Positions 50,419-59,284 of a DNA stretch of 64,000 nucleotides are shown piece by piece. Both the position numbers and the translations under genes were made by a program. Position 1 is the first letter of the stretch, and the number at the start of each line of letters is the position of its first letter. Under the pieces are notes generated by a model that worked only from the letters and a program-made list of their open reading frames with translations, made no database searches and was not told the origin of the DNA. The stretch is taken from contig CAWKIK010000003.1 in assembly GCA_963849825.1 (NCBI GenBank), positions 361,397 through 425,396 of the forward strand, given 5' to 3'. The stretch is from an uncultured Gammaproteobacteria bacterium. GTDB lineage: Bacteria > Pseudomonadota > Gammaproteobacteria > JASBUN01.

Positions 50419-50424
50419 AACGAG

Positions 50425-50820
50425 ATGGCTACCCGAACCGAACTGTCCCTGCCCGAGGCACAAGTGGAACGAGTCGAACTCGTAGGAGACACATTGCGGA
50501 TCCATTTGCGCGAGTTCTTCAGCTTCGTCTCTATTTCCGGCTCAGCCGAACAAACCCAATGGCGCCAACCGGGGGTTCTGATAATCGAGGCTGCGGAAAT
50601 CGAACATGAATTGCCGGAAGCTCCGTTCGTGCTCGCGGGCGGTGACATCCAAGCCAACACGTACACCTACCGCGATCGGGTACCGCTTCCGCTTGATGCC
50701 CTTGGGCGCGTCGGTTGTTTGCTGAAGGTCAAAGGAAATGAAAGTACGCTCTCCGCGTCAGGCGCCCGCCTGCAACTGCAAACGCTGGGTGAGCGGCGTT
50801 ACGTCGCACATGTCAAATAG
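50425..50820 (+). CDS. Hypothetical protein (131 aa)
   Basis: It starts 6 bp after the lipoprotein gene, so it is probably in the same operon. I recognise no family. Confidence 0.45.
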   Translation: MATRTELSLPEAQVERVELVGDTLRIHLREFFSFVSISGSAEQTQWRQPGVLIIEAAEIEHELPEAPFVLAGGDIQANTYTYRDRVPLPLDALGRVGCLLKVKGNESTLSASGARLQLQTLGERRYVAHVK

Positions 50821-50886
50821 TGCCGGCAGAGATGGGTTTACGAACTTTCTGCCCCGCCGCGTGCGATTGATCCGCACCGATCCGCT

Positions 50887-51789
50887 TCATTCCGACAACC
50901 CTGCGTTGGCTTGCGCATGGGCGCCGATCTGTTGCTGCATATCGCGTTGATTGCGAAGCTCGCGGCGCTTGTTGGCGAAGTAATCGTCGCGGCTGAGTTC
51001 GTGCAATTGCCGCCCATAACGTTCGACCATGCGATACCAGGTCCCCATGCTGGCCTCGGGCTGGCGCTGAGCCGGGAGATCATCCGTCTGCAGATAGGCT
51101 CTAAGCGCAAGATAGTACCGCATGGCGTTGCGTTCGATCATGCCGCGCACACCCTGAACGTATTCGGGCTTGCCGGAATCGGTCTTGCCGACAATCGAAA
51201 AACCGATCTTGTCCTTGCCGAGCGTAGCCAGATACGCCGCTGTCGCCATGCGGCTGCGCCAACTGTCCTCGTAGCCCCAGCTCAATTCCACCAGCGTACC
51301 CTCTTCCACCGGCGCCGCTTGCACTGAAATACGGTAATCCTGCGTACCTAGCGGTCCGTCCGCCGCCCGCACGGTGACGCGCAGATAATTGTCCCGGTGG
51401 CTGACGATTCTGAAATTCCCGTCCACGTGATAAGCGTCCTGGGGAGGCTGATAAAATTTGCGGCCGACGAACAATGACAATTGCGCGCCCGCTTGCCCGT
51501 GACGCCATGTGCAGGCTTTGACGTTCTGATTCAGCGCCAGGAATCGACACCACTGATCCGGATGGCCCAGCGCGTCGCGCACCTCGCGAAACGGTTGCGG
51601 CAACACCGCGTAGATGTCAGCGCCCAGACGCTGATTGGAATCATGCGAACGTATGTACAACGGTTCGTCGAACGGGTTCCGGGCGGTGTTCTCTCGCACG
51701 TGTTGAAACTGCTGCAGCAACTCTTGCCGGTCCGCATACGCCGGCACTGCCATAATCACCGTGAACAAAACCAACCAGATCGCTTTCAT
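50887..51789 (-). CDS. Hypothetical secreted protein (about 300 aa)
   Basis: Signal peptide MKAIWLVLFTVIMAVPAYA. The mixed alpha/beta body could be SRPBCC/START-like, but that is only a guess. Confidence 0.5.
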   Translation of the reverse strand: MKAIWLVLFTVIMAVPAYADRQELLQQFQHVRENTARNPFDEPLYIRSHDSNQRLGADIYAVLPQPFREVRDALGHPDQWCRFLALNQNVKACTWRHGQAGAQLSLFVGRKFYQPPQDAYHVDGNFRIVSHRDNYLRVTVRAADGPLGTQDYRISVQAAPVEEGTLVELSWGYEDSWRSRMATAAYLATLGKDKIGFSIVGKTDSGKPEYVQGVRGMIERNAMRYYLALRAYLQTDDLPAQRQPEASMGTWYRMVERYGRQLHELSRDDYFANKRRELRNQRDMQQQIGAHAQANAGLSE

Positions 51790-51829
51790 AGCGGAAACCA
51801 CATTGTTCGTCGCCGCCTCGGCGCCCTTT

Positions 51830-52381
51830 TTATTTGCTGACCACGTGGACGCTGCTCGCCTGGGGCCCCTTTTCACCCAGTTCCTCACTGAAGCGAACCT
51901 GGGTTCCGACATCGAGTTTTTCGAAATCGCCGTTCAACAGGCTGTTGCGGTGAAAGTAAACCTCCCGGCCGTCGATGGTCTCGATCACACCGAAGTCCTG
52001 ATCGAATACCAGATTGCGGATCCGACCTTGTGGTGGCGACTCGTGGAGCTTGGTCTTTCCCCGGGTTACACGGGTGTAATCCTCGAGTTGGCGCCGCGCG
52101 GCGTCAAACGCATCGCGCACGGCGACATACACATCTTCGTGGGCGTGATTGTCGTGGGGCGCGCGACTCACGACCAATTCCTTTCCGGGCACAGTGATAT
52201 CGATCAAAACTTGGTACAGAGCGCCTTTGTGGTGATGTTTGTGGGGCGCTTCCACGATCACCCTGCAACTCATGACGTGATCCGCAAACCGTTCCAGCTT
52301 GTCCGCACGTTCCCGAATCTTGTTCTCGACAGCCTCCGACGGATTCATGTTTCGAAACGTGATCTGCAGTGGCAATTGCAT
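51830..52381 (-). CDS. HPF/RaiA-family ribosome-associated domain fused to a cold-shock (CSD) domain
   Basis: N-terminal MQLPLQITFRNMNPSEAVENKIRERADKLERF matches the sigma-54 modulation/RaiA fold pattern. The C-terminal segment GRIRNLVFDQDFGVIE ... VYFHRNSL ... VRFSEELGEKGPQA is CSD-like. Confidence 0.7.
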   Translation of the reverse strand: MQLPLQITFRNMNPSEAVENKIRERADKLERFADHVMSCRVIVEAPHKHHHKGALYQVLIDITVPGKELVVSRAPHDNHAHEDVYVAVRDAFDAARRQLEDYTRVTRGKTKLHESPPQGRIRNLVFDQDFGVIETIDGREVYFHRNSLLNGDFEKLDVGTQVRFSEELGEKGPQASSVHVVSK

Positions 52382-52641
52382 TGTGTTCTCCTTGAGATGG
52401 CTTGGCCGTGGGCGCTGACAGCAGCATCAGGTTCACCCACATAGCGTGCGATCGGCGATCATGCACTTCGACGCTCACGGCGGACCGCTCGTTGAACGCC
52501 CGTCTGACTTTTCACAGGGCCCGGCATCATATTTCAGCATAGTTCCAGATCGGCGGGGGGCAGGCTGGCACATACGGTCCGCGCCTTCTAAGCTGCGTAG
52601 CGAGCCCGGTTGCGCCCGGGAGACCATTACGGAAGTCAATC

Positions 52642-52869
52642 ATGGCCTACGGTAACTCGCACGCAATGCAAATCCCTGCTCGCGCTGGGGATCCGGAGAC
52701 GCCATCGCCTCCGCCGGAGGTGCCTCCGGACCAACCCCCCGAGCAACCCCCGGGGCCGGTGCCGCCCGACATGCCGCCGGATCGGCCGGACGAGTCTCCC
52801 GCCGACCCGCCTCCGGAAATGCCGCCGGGGCAACCGCCGGAAGTGCCGCCAATGCCACCCGAGTATTGA
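52642..52869 (+). CDS. Possible proline-rich small protein (75 aa, about 45% Pro)
   Basis: Reiterated PPE[VM]PP-like motifs and GC-rich third positions. There is no signal peptide and the Shine-Dalgarno is weak. Three other ORFs overlap the same DNA, so coding status is uncertain. Confidence 0.3.
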   Translation: MAYGNSHAMQIPARAGDPETPSPPPEVPPDQPPEQPPGPVPPDMPPDRPDESPADPPPEMPPGQPPEVPPMPPEY

Positions 52870-52887
52870 AAGTTCGGGATGCGCCGG

Positions 52888-53343
52888 TCACGGCCGGTCG
52901 CGGACCTTTCGCTCGCGGAGCTGTTCTCGGCTCACCAGGCGTACCAGATCTTCCATTTGCTCGGCGAACACGTTGATGAAATCGTCCACGGTAATGATTC
53001 CGATCAGGCCGCCGTTTCGATTGACTACCGGCATACGCCGCACACCGCCGTTGCGCATGCGCTGCAGCGTGACCATGGTGTCATCTTCTTCCTGGGCGGT
53101 CAGCAGATCCCCGCTCATGACGTCGTCTACCCGCAGCCTTTCGGCGTCGCCGCCCGCGGCTAGCACTTCGATTGCCAGGTCACGATCGGTCAGAATGCCG
53201 AGTGGCATGCGCTGTCCCTCGCGTTCCTCGACGATCACCACATCGCCCACGTGGTGTTCACGCATCAATCGGGCCGCATCGCGAACCGACTCATCTGCGC
53301 CCACTACAATCACGTCGCGGTTACAGTATTCACCTACGCTCAT
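52888..53343 (-). CDS. CBS-pair domain protein
   Basis: GGAGG lies upstream of MSVGEYCNRDVIVV. Two CBS repeats are present. Length is 151 aa. Confidence 0.8.
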   Translation of the reverse strand: MSVGEYCNRDVIVVGADESVRDAARLMREHHVGDVVIVEEREGQRMPLGILTDRDLAIEVLAAGGDAERLRVDDVMSGDLLTAQEEDDTMVTLQRMRNGGVRRMPVVNRNGGLIGIITVDDFINVFAEQMEDLVRLVSREQLRERKVRDRP

Positions 53344-53444
53344 GTTGCCCTCCTCGCCAGCAGGATTTCGAGGCTGGTTTCGGCGCAACGAACCGACGCC
53401 AGCGCGGCGCCCACGCAATTGCTCTTTGTCCCTATAATGGCGTC

Positions 53445-54122
53445 ATGTGCGGTCGATACACTTTGACGGCGGACGCCAACGAACTGGCTGCTTATTTCGG
53501 ACTCGACACGGTTCCCGAGCTCACGCCGCGTTTCAATATCGCGCCGACCAATCAAGTACCGATCGTGCGCGACATGCCGGGGCTCGGTCGCCGAATGGAC
53601 ATGGTCCGTTGGGGCCTGGTGCCGAGTTGGGCGAAGGATGCCAAGATCGGCAACCGTCTGATCAATGCCCGCGCGGACACTTTGGCCGAAAAACCCGCGT
53701 TCCGCAGCGCATTGCGTCAACGCCGATGCCTGGTTCCGGCGGACGGCTTTTACGAGTGGCGTCAAGAGGGATCTCAAAAACAACCGTACTGGATTGGTTT
53801 CGAGGGGCGCGCGATCTTCGCTTTCGCAGGGTTGTGGGAGCATTGGCAGGACCGCGCCACCGGCGAGCGCGTCGACTCGTGTACCATCATCACCACCGAT
53901 GCTAATCAAATCGTCGCTACGATTCATGGTCGGATGCCGGTGATTCTTCCCGAGCAACACTATGACACCTGGCTCGATACGCGGTCGAACGAACCAAATG
54001 CGGCACTCGCTCTGCTGCAACCGCACAACGTCACCCGTATGATCGCATATGCCGTGTCGCGCAACGTCAACAACCCCCGCACCGATCGCATGGACCTGGT
54101 GTCACCACTGGATACACCTTGA
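53445..54122 (+). CDS. SOS response-associated peptidase (SRAP/YedK family, abasic-site sensor)
   Basis: The start MCGRYTL provides the catalytic Cys2. FNIAPTNQVP, WGLVPSWAKD, NARADTLAEKPAF and PADGFYEW blocks are present. Confidence 0.85.
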   Translation: MCGRYTLTADANELAAYFGLDTVPELTPRFNIAPTNQVPIVRDMPGLGRRMDMVRWGLVPSWAKDAKIGNRLINARADTLAEKPAFRSALRQRRCLVPADGFYEWRQEGSQKQPYWIGFEGRAIFAFAGLWEHWQDRATGERVDSCTIITTDANQIVATIHGRMPVILPEQHYDTWLDTRSNEPNAALALLQPHNVTRMIAYAVSRNVNNPRTDRMDLVSPLDTP

Positions 54123-54146
54123 TCGGCGCATCCATGGTCACGAGGC

Positions 54147-54461
54147 TTACTCGCCGGAAATATGCGGCGTACGACATACGTAATCAAGCTCTTCTGTCAC
54201 CTCGATTTCGTACTGGGATGCAGCCGGCACATGGAACTTTTCGCCGGCACCGTATTCATTCCACTCCTGGGTGTCGGGCAGTTTCACGCGGCATCGTCCG
54301 CGGATGATCTCCACAGTTTCGGGTCCGTCAGCGTTCATACGATGCAGCCCCGGCTGCATGAGCGACGTGGTACGCAATTCGCCATCCGCCATGAGCGTGG
54401 TGACGTTATCGCCGTGCGCATTCCCTTCGCCGAGGAACGAATCCTTGTCACGATTGGCCAT
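54147..54461 (-). CDS. ppnP: PpnP-like pyrimidine/purine nucleoside phosphorylase (DUF1255 cupin)
   Basis: 104 aa. The pattern ETVEIIRGRCRVKLPDTQEWNEYGAGEKFHVPAASQYEIEV ... YVC parallels PpnP. The longer 236-aa ORF was rejected. Confidence 0.55.
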   Translation of the reverse strand: MANRDKDSFLGEGNAHGDNVTTLMADGELRTTSLMQPGLHRMNADGPETVEIIRGRCRVKLPDTQEWNEYGAGEKFHVPAASQYEIEVTEELDYVCRTPHISGE

Positions 54462-54484
54462 AATCCGAATCTCCACTCGCCGTT

Positions 54485-56506
54485 TTACACGCCTCGCTCC
54501 TGGCTCGGCTCCCACCAGCGCAGTCGGTCGCTGTACTCTTGCATGAAATGTTCGATGATTTCGTCCCGGTCGTAGCCCATCACGTCGTAGCGCAGCGATC
54601 CGCTTCGCAGATAGACCTCGGCGTGATGATAGGCGGGATCGTCGGATGCCTTCGGCGTCCATTCCGGGAAGGCAAACACAGGCCGCTTGTAGGTCCGCGC
54701 CCGCACTGAGTAATAGAACTCTTCGACCCCCTTGTGGAATACCGTGAGCGTGACCGCGTCCGGTTCCAACTCCGCTTGCACCACCCGGTCGTGCTTTTGC
54801 AGTTCTTCGGAAACAGCCGTCAACGCCGGAGCAACCGTGTTCTGCAAAAAGTCGCAAACGTCCGCGCGGCTGCGCTGGGCGAGGCGGGCGCGTTTTCGGT
54901 GCTCGTGCAAAAGATCCTCCAACGTGCCGCGCCAGCCGTGGCTGGGAACCTTGCCAGGGTGTGCCTCCGGTTGCCAGTCCAGTCGCGGCACTCGGGCAAT
55001 CCGTTCCTGACGCAACCCTTTCACCAAGTTATAGCAGATGAACAACAGTACCAGCGCGAACGGCAATCCGGTGGTGATGGCCGCCGTCTGCAGCGCCGTC
55101 AATCCTCCCGTGACCAGCAGCACAGCGGCCACCGCGCCTTCCGTCAGCGCCCAGAAGATCCGCTGGGGTATGGGCGGATCCGGATCGCCGCCGGCGGTCA
55201 GAATGTCGATCACCAAGGAACCGGAATCTGAAGACGTCACAAAAAACGTCACCACCAGCAAGGTCGCAATCACGGACGTAATGGCCGCCCAAGGCAGGTG
55301 TTCCAACATCACGAACAGCGCCACGGGCAGATTGTTCTGTACTGCGGTCGCGATACTCGCATCGCCTTTGAACATCTCGAAGTACAGCGCCGTGTCGCCG
55401 AAAACGCTCAGCCATGCAAAGCTCACGCCCACCGGGACGAACAAAACTCCGGCGATGAATTCGCGGATCGTGCGGCCGCGCGAAATGCGGGCGATGAACA
55501 TGCCCACGAACGGCGACCAGGCGATCCACCAACCCCAGTAGAATAACGTCCACTTGGCCTGCCAATCAGACTCCTGAAAGGCGTACATCTGAAACGTGCG
55601 ACTTACCAGATTACTGAGGTAAGAGCCGACGTTCTGCACAAACGAGTCCAGCAGAAAAACGGTCGGACCGAGCGCCAATACGAACAGGAACAGCAAAACG
55701 GCCAAGCCGAGATTGAGCTCGCTGAGCCGCCGGATACCGGTGTCCAAACCGAGCACCACGGAAGTGGTGGCCATTAGCGTGATGACCACGATCAGAACCA
55801 GCTGAACCCAAAGTGCGACCGGAACTCCGGCGACGTGATTCAAGCCGGCATTGATTTGCATGACGCCAAGCCCCAGCGAGGTAGCGACGCCGAACATGGT
55901 CCCGAGAACGGCAAAGATATCGACCATATTGCCGATCGGCCCATAAATGCGTTCACCGAGAATGGGATAGAAAGCAGACCGGATGGTCAGCGGCAGTTCA
56001 TGCCGGAAGGAAAAGTAAGCCAGGGACAAACCGACGACGATATAAATCGCCCAGGCGTGGAAGCCCCAGTGAAAAAACGTGAGCCTCATGGCTTCGCGGG
56101 CTGCGGCTGCCGTGCCGCCGGGCCCGACCGGCGGAGAAGCGTAATGTAAGATCGGCTCGGCCACGCTGTAGAACATCAGCCCGATACCCATGCCGGCCGA
56201 AAACAACATTGCGAACCAGGAAGCGTAACTGTAGTCGGGCTCCGAATCGTCCGGACCGAGTTTGACACGGCCGTAACGGCTGAAAAACAGCCAGATCACG
56301 AATGCCAGATAGAATGCCACCGCGACGATGTACAACCAGCCGAGTCGAGCGACGATGAAACCTTGCACCCATGCGAATACCTTGGCTGCGTTTTCGGTAA
56401 ACAACGCACCGTAGGCAACCACCAGCAGAATCAATGCGGCAGATACAAAAAAGACTGTGGGATTGACCCGCAGTCCCATGATCGTGGTATTGGTTTTGTT
56501 TGCCAT
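54485..56506 (-). CDS. BCCT-family (betaine/carnitine/choline) transporter with a long cytoplasmic C-terminal domain
   Basis: Twelve-TM core with WTLFYWGWWIAWSPFVGMFIARISRGRTIREF, the BCCT signature. The C-terminal soluble tail is about 150 aa. Confidence 0.85.
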   Translation of the reverse strand: MANKTNTTIMGLRVNPTVFFVSAALILLVVAYGALFTENAAKVFAWVQGFIVARLGWLYIVAVAFYLAFVIWLFFSRYGRVKLGPDDSEPDYSYASWFAMLFSAGMGIGLMFYSVAEPILHYASPPVGPGGTAAAAREAMRLTFFHWGFHAWAIYIVVGLSLAYFSFRHELPLTIRSAFYPILGERIYGPIGNMVDIFAVLGTMFGVATSLGLGVMQINAGLNHVAGVPVALWVQLVLIVVITLMATTSVVLGLDTGIRRLSELNLGLAVLLFLFVLALGPTVFLLDSFVQNVGSYLSNLVSRTFQMYAFQESDWQAKWTLFYWGWWIAWSPFVGMFIARISRGRTIREFIAGVLFVPVGVSFAWLSVFGDTALYFEMFKGDASIATAVQNNLPVALFVMLEHLPWAAITSVIATLLVVTFFVTSSDSGSLVIDILTAGGDPDPPIPQRIFWALTEGAVAAVLLVTGGLTALQTAAITTGLPFALVLLFICYNLVKGLRQERIARVPRLDWQPEAHPGKVPSHGWRGTLEDLLHEHRKRARLAQRSRADVCDFLQNTVAPALTAVSEELQKHDRVVQAELEPDAVTLTVFHKGVEEFYYSVRARTYKRPVFAFPEWTPKASDDPAYHHAEVYLRSGSLRYDVMGYDRDEIIEHFMQEYSDRLRWWEPSQERGV

Positions 56507-56617
56507 TGGACTTCCTTTGGCGGGAGCACTGCGGGAGGAACGGAGCTCCAAATCCGCTTACTTCGTGTTATTTCCGGGCACTGTAACAACTCCGCCCCGT
56601 GAGCCACAACCTGGCCG

Positions 56618-57313
56618 CTACCACGGGATGCGGCTGCCGTCGACATCGAAAAAACCGCCAGAATCGGCCAGCGTGAGGCCGTCAAGAATACGGCGAATTT
56701 GGCGCACCGACTCTTCTACGGTAATTTCCGCATTCGGGCCGCCCATATCGGTCAACACCCAACCTGGGTGCAACAACACGACGATTGCCCCCCGCGAGCG
56801 CAGATCGATGGCGGCACTGCGCATGGTCATATTCAGTGCCGCTTTGGCCGAACGGTAGACGTAGCTGCCGCCCGAGCCGTTGTCTTCGATACTGCCCATT
56901 TTGCTGCTCATGGACGCGATCACTTTGCGTCGGCCGGCGAGCACATTTTCCAATAGCGCCTCGGCCATCTTCATCGGCCCGATCGTATTCACTGCGAACG
57001 CATCGAGCCAACGTTGCGGATCGGTGTTGCCGAAACGTGCGTCGGGCTGGCCGTAACTGCCGGCATTGTTGAGCAGAATCTCCAATGGTTTCCCAACGAG
57101 CGCAGCACGCAGACGCTCGATGTGATCCATGCGCGTGACGTCGAGCTCGCGGACTTGAACCAGGTCGCTGCTATCCGCCAGCTGAGCCAGTTCGACGGCA
57201 CCCTCCGGATCTCGGCAGCAGGCGACCACCTCCCACCCTAAGTACGCGTATTGGCGCGTCATTTCCAAACCGAGGCCACGATTGGCGCCAGTGATCAGAA
57301 TCGTCTCCGGCAT
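56618..57313 (-). CDS. Short-chain dehydrogenase/reductase (SDR)
   Basis: TGANRGLG cofactor motif, NNAG, and the catalytic YRSAK (YxxxK). Confidence 0.85.
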   Translation of the reverse strand: MPETILITGANRGLGLEMTRQYAYLGWEVVACCRDPEGAVELAQLADSSDLVQVRELDVTRMDHIERLRAALVGKPLEILLNNAGSYGQPDARFGNTDPQRWLDAFAVNTIGPMKMAEALLENVLAGRRKVIASMSSKMGSIEDNGSGGSYVYRSAKAALNMTMRSAAIDLRSRGAIVVLLHPGWVLTDMGGPNAEITVEESVRQIRRILDGLTLADSGGFFDVDGSRIPW

Positions 57314-57518
57314 ACATCCTCCGGTTGCTTGTTCGTGAATCGACAATAGGCGCTGCAAGCGCGGTTGCGCCTGCTACAGTGTGGGCACATTTCGAGGTCT
57401 CGCACGCAACTTTTATAATGTTAGAATATAGACATTATTCTCCAGGAGCCGCAGTTGTCGCTGCGACGCGCCTTCTGGACCGACTCCCATCACATCAACC
57501 TTGAAGGAGAGCATTGCC

Positions 57519-58103
57519 ATGGAACACAAGCTTCCCGAGCTTCCGTATCCAAAGAACGCCCTGGAACCGCATATTTCCGCCGAGACGCTGGAATTCCATC
57601 ACGATAAGCATCACGCAACCTACGTGACCAAGCTGAACGGACTGATTCCCGGTACCGAGTTCGAAAACATGGAGCTCGATGAGATTGTCAAGAAAGCGCC
57701 CGCCGGCGGCGTTTTCAATAATGCAGCCCAGGTCTGGAATCACACCTTCTACTGGAATTGCATGGCACCGAATGGTGGCGGCGAACCCAGCGGCGCCCTA
57801 GGCGACGCGATCAAGAAAGCGTTCGGCTCCTACGATAAATTCAAAGAAAAATTCGGAGAAATGGGCGCCAACAACTTTGGCTCCGGCTGGACCTGGCTGG
57901 TGAAGAAGTCGGACGGTTCAGTGGAGATCGTCAACACCAGCAACGCCGCCAATCCCATGACCGACGGCATGACGCCGCTGCTCACCTGCGACGTCTGGGA
58001 GCACGCCTATTACATCGACTATCGCAACGCGCGGCCGAAATACATCGAAGCGTTCTGGAAGGTCGTCAACTGGGATTTCGCCGGTAAGAACTTCGGCAGC
58101 TGA
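57519..58103 (+). CDS. sodB: Superoxide dismutase [Fe]
   Basis: LPELPY, FHHDKHH, the Fe-type [11 protein letters not shown] and [16 protein letters not shown] Shine-Dalgarno. Confidence 0.9.
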   Translation: MEHKLPELPYPKNALEPHISAETLEFHHDKHHATYVTKLNGLIPGTEFENMELDEIVKKAPAGGVFNNAAQVWNHTFYWNCMAPNGGGEPSGALGDAIKKAFGSYDKFKEKFGEMGANNFGSGWTWLVKKSDGSVEIVNTSNAANPMTDGMTPLLTCDVWEHAYYIDYRNARPKYIEAFWKVVNWDFAGKNFGS

Positions 58104-58126
58104 TCGGCAGGCGCCGATCCAAGACC

Positions 58127-58158
58127 AAAGGCGGGCGCTGTGTGCCCGCCTTTTCTGT
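58127..58158. terminator. Rho-independent terminator, potentially bidirectional
   Basis: AAAGGCGGGC-gctgtgt-GCCCGCCTTTT has a 7-bp GC stem, a 7-nt loop, an A-tract 5' and a T-tract 3'. It lies between the convergent sodB and membrane-protein genes. Confidence 0.7.
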
Positions 58159-58162
58159 ATCC

Positions 58163-58480
58163 TCAGTTGCCGAGCGACAAGTAGTAAGGTACCCAGGCAA
58201 GTGCGAAAGCCGCCGCCAGAACCAGGTCCACCCACAACACGTTGCGCGCGCGCAGACGCTCACTGGACTCCGTATCGATACTCATGACCCAGGTCATGAA
58301 CATATCCATCAGCAAACCGAGGAAAACCAGCGGCGCGAGCGCCGGAACCAACAGCGTAGTCACCATTGGCCAGCCTTCCAGCACCGGCACGCCGCCAGAA
58401 ATGGGCCGCATCACCAGGAACAACAACGACAGAACCACCAACCCCGTACGCAAACCGCCGAGTCGTTGCACCATCTTCAC
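58163..58480 (-). CDS. Small integral membrane protein (3 predicted TM helices), hypothetical
   Basis: 105 aa with three hydrophobic helices. I recognise no family. Confidence 0.5.
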   Translation of the reverse strand: MKMVQRLGGLRTGLVVLSLLFLVMRPISGGVPVLEGWPMVTTLLVPALAPLVFLGLLMDMFMTWVMSIDTESSERLRARNVLWVDLVLAAAFALAWVPYYLSLGN

Positions 58481-58631
58481 GCGTCTCTCCTATCGCAACC
58501 GCCCCCATTATAACGACGCGGGTGTTGCTGCGGGCTGCAATATTTGCCTGGGCCACACCCGGCGCGCAGTTGACAGCGCGTACATAGATGCCAACAATCG
58601 CCAACGTTATGCTCGCTAACGACGGCCTGCG

Positions 58632-59264
58632 ATGGAATCGAACCGGTCCCCACGAATCGTCATAGAACTCGGACGCGCCGGGACGTTGGAGCACGCCATT
58701 GCGCGCGGCACGACCACCATCGGTCGGCGGGTGGACAACGACATTCGCTTGGACGACCCCACCGTCAGCGGCCACCATGCGCAGATCGTCTGGGTGTACG
58801 ATGACCCGTACCTGCAGGACCTCGGCAGTACCAACGGTAGCTTCGTCAACGACCAGCGGATCGGCCGCCAGGATCTACGCGACGGTGACCTGATCCGGGT
58901 GGGCCGGCAGCGGATGCGGTTCCACGCCACCGGCGCCAGGGCCGCGCCCGCTCCAAAAGCCAAACCGGCTCCATTCGCCTCGGACCCGACTCCGACGCCG
59001 CGCCGATCCGGCGCCTTACGCGACAACACCCTAAGCTTCGAACAGGTTCGAGGACTGGTGCAAAGCGCCCGCAGCGGCTCCGGTCCGTTCGTGCCGGCGG
59101 AAATCCACTGGGTCGCGCAAGACGCAGCAGGCACCTGGTGGGGATTCGAACACCGCCCGCATCCAGGCGGCAGCGGTTGGCGGGAAATGGATATGAGCAG
59201 CTTCGTGAAGCTGGGCCGGGGGCGGCCCAACCCCAATTGGCGCGTCAGTCTGCAAAAAGTCTGA
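58632..59264 (+). CDS. FHA domain protein
   Basis: FHA core TTIGRRVDNDIRLDDPTVSGHHAQI ... QDLGSTNGSFVND. A Pro/Ala linker leads to a Trp-rich C-terminal domain of about 70 aa. Confidence 0.7.
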   Translation: MESNRSPRIVIELGRAGTLEHAIARGTTTIGRRVDNDIRLDDPTVSGHHAQIVWVYDDPYLQDLGSTNGSFVNDQRIGRQDLRDGDLIRVGRQRMRFHATGARAAPAPKAKPAPFASDPTPTPRRSGALRDNTLSFEQVRGLVQSARSGSGPFVPAEIHWVAQDAAGTWWGFEHRPHPGGSGWREMDMSSFVKLGRGRPNPNWRVSLQKV

Positions 59265-59284
59265 GCGCTGTACGCGGCGAGATG

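Noticed and set aside
52560-52600. Sigma-54 promoter (CTGGCACATACGGTCCGC)
   Set aside because: The -24 TGGCAC element is present, but the -12 element lacks the required TTGC/GC at the correct spacing.
52610-53437. 275-aa plus-strand ORF rich in Arg/Ser/Pro/Thr/Cys
   Set aside because: It is antisense to the well-supported CBS-pair gene and has extreme low-complexity composition.
54462-54857. Long form (236 aa) of the ORF ending at 54147
   Set aside because: The upstream 130 codons overlap the 3' end of the BCCT transporter gene and are Arg/Gly/Ala-rich. The PpnP-like similarity starts at the internal Met at 54461.
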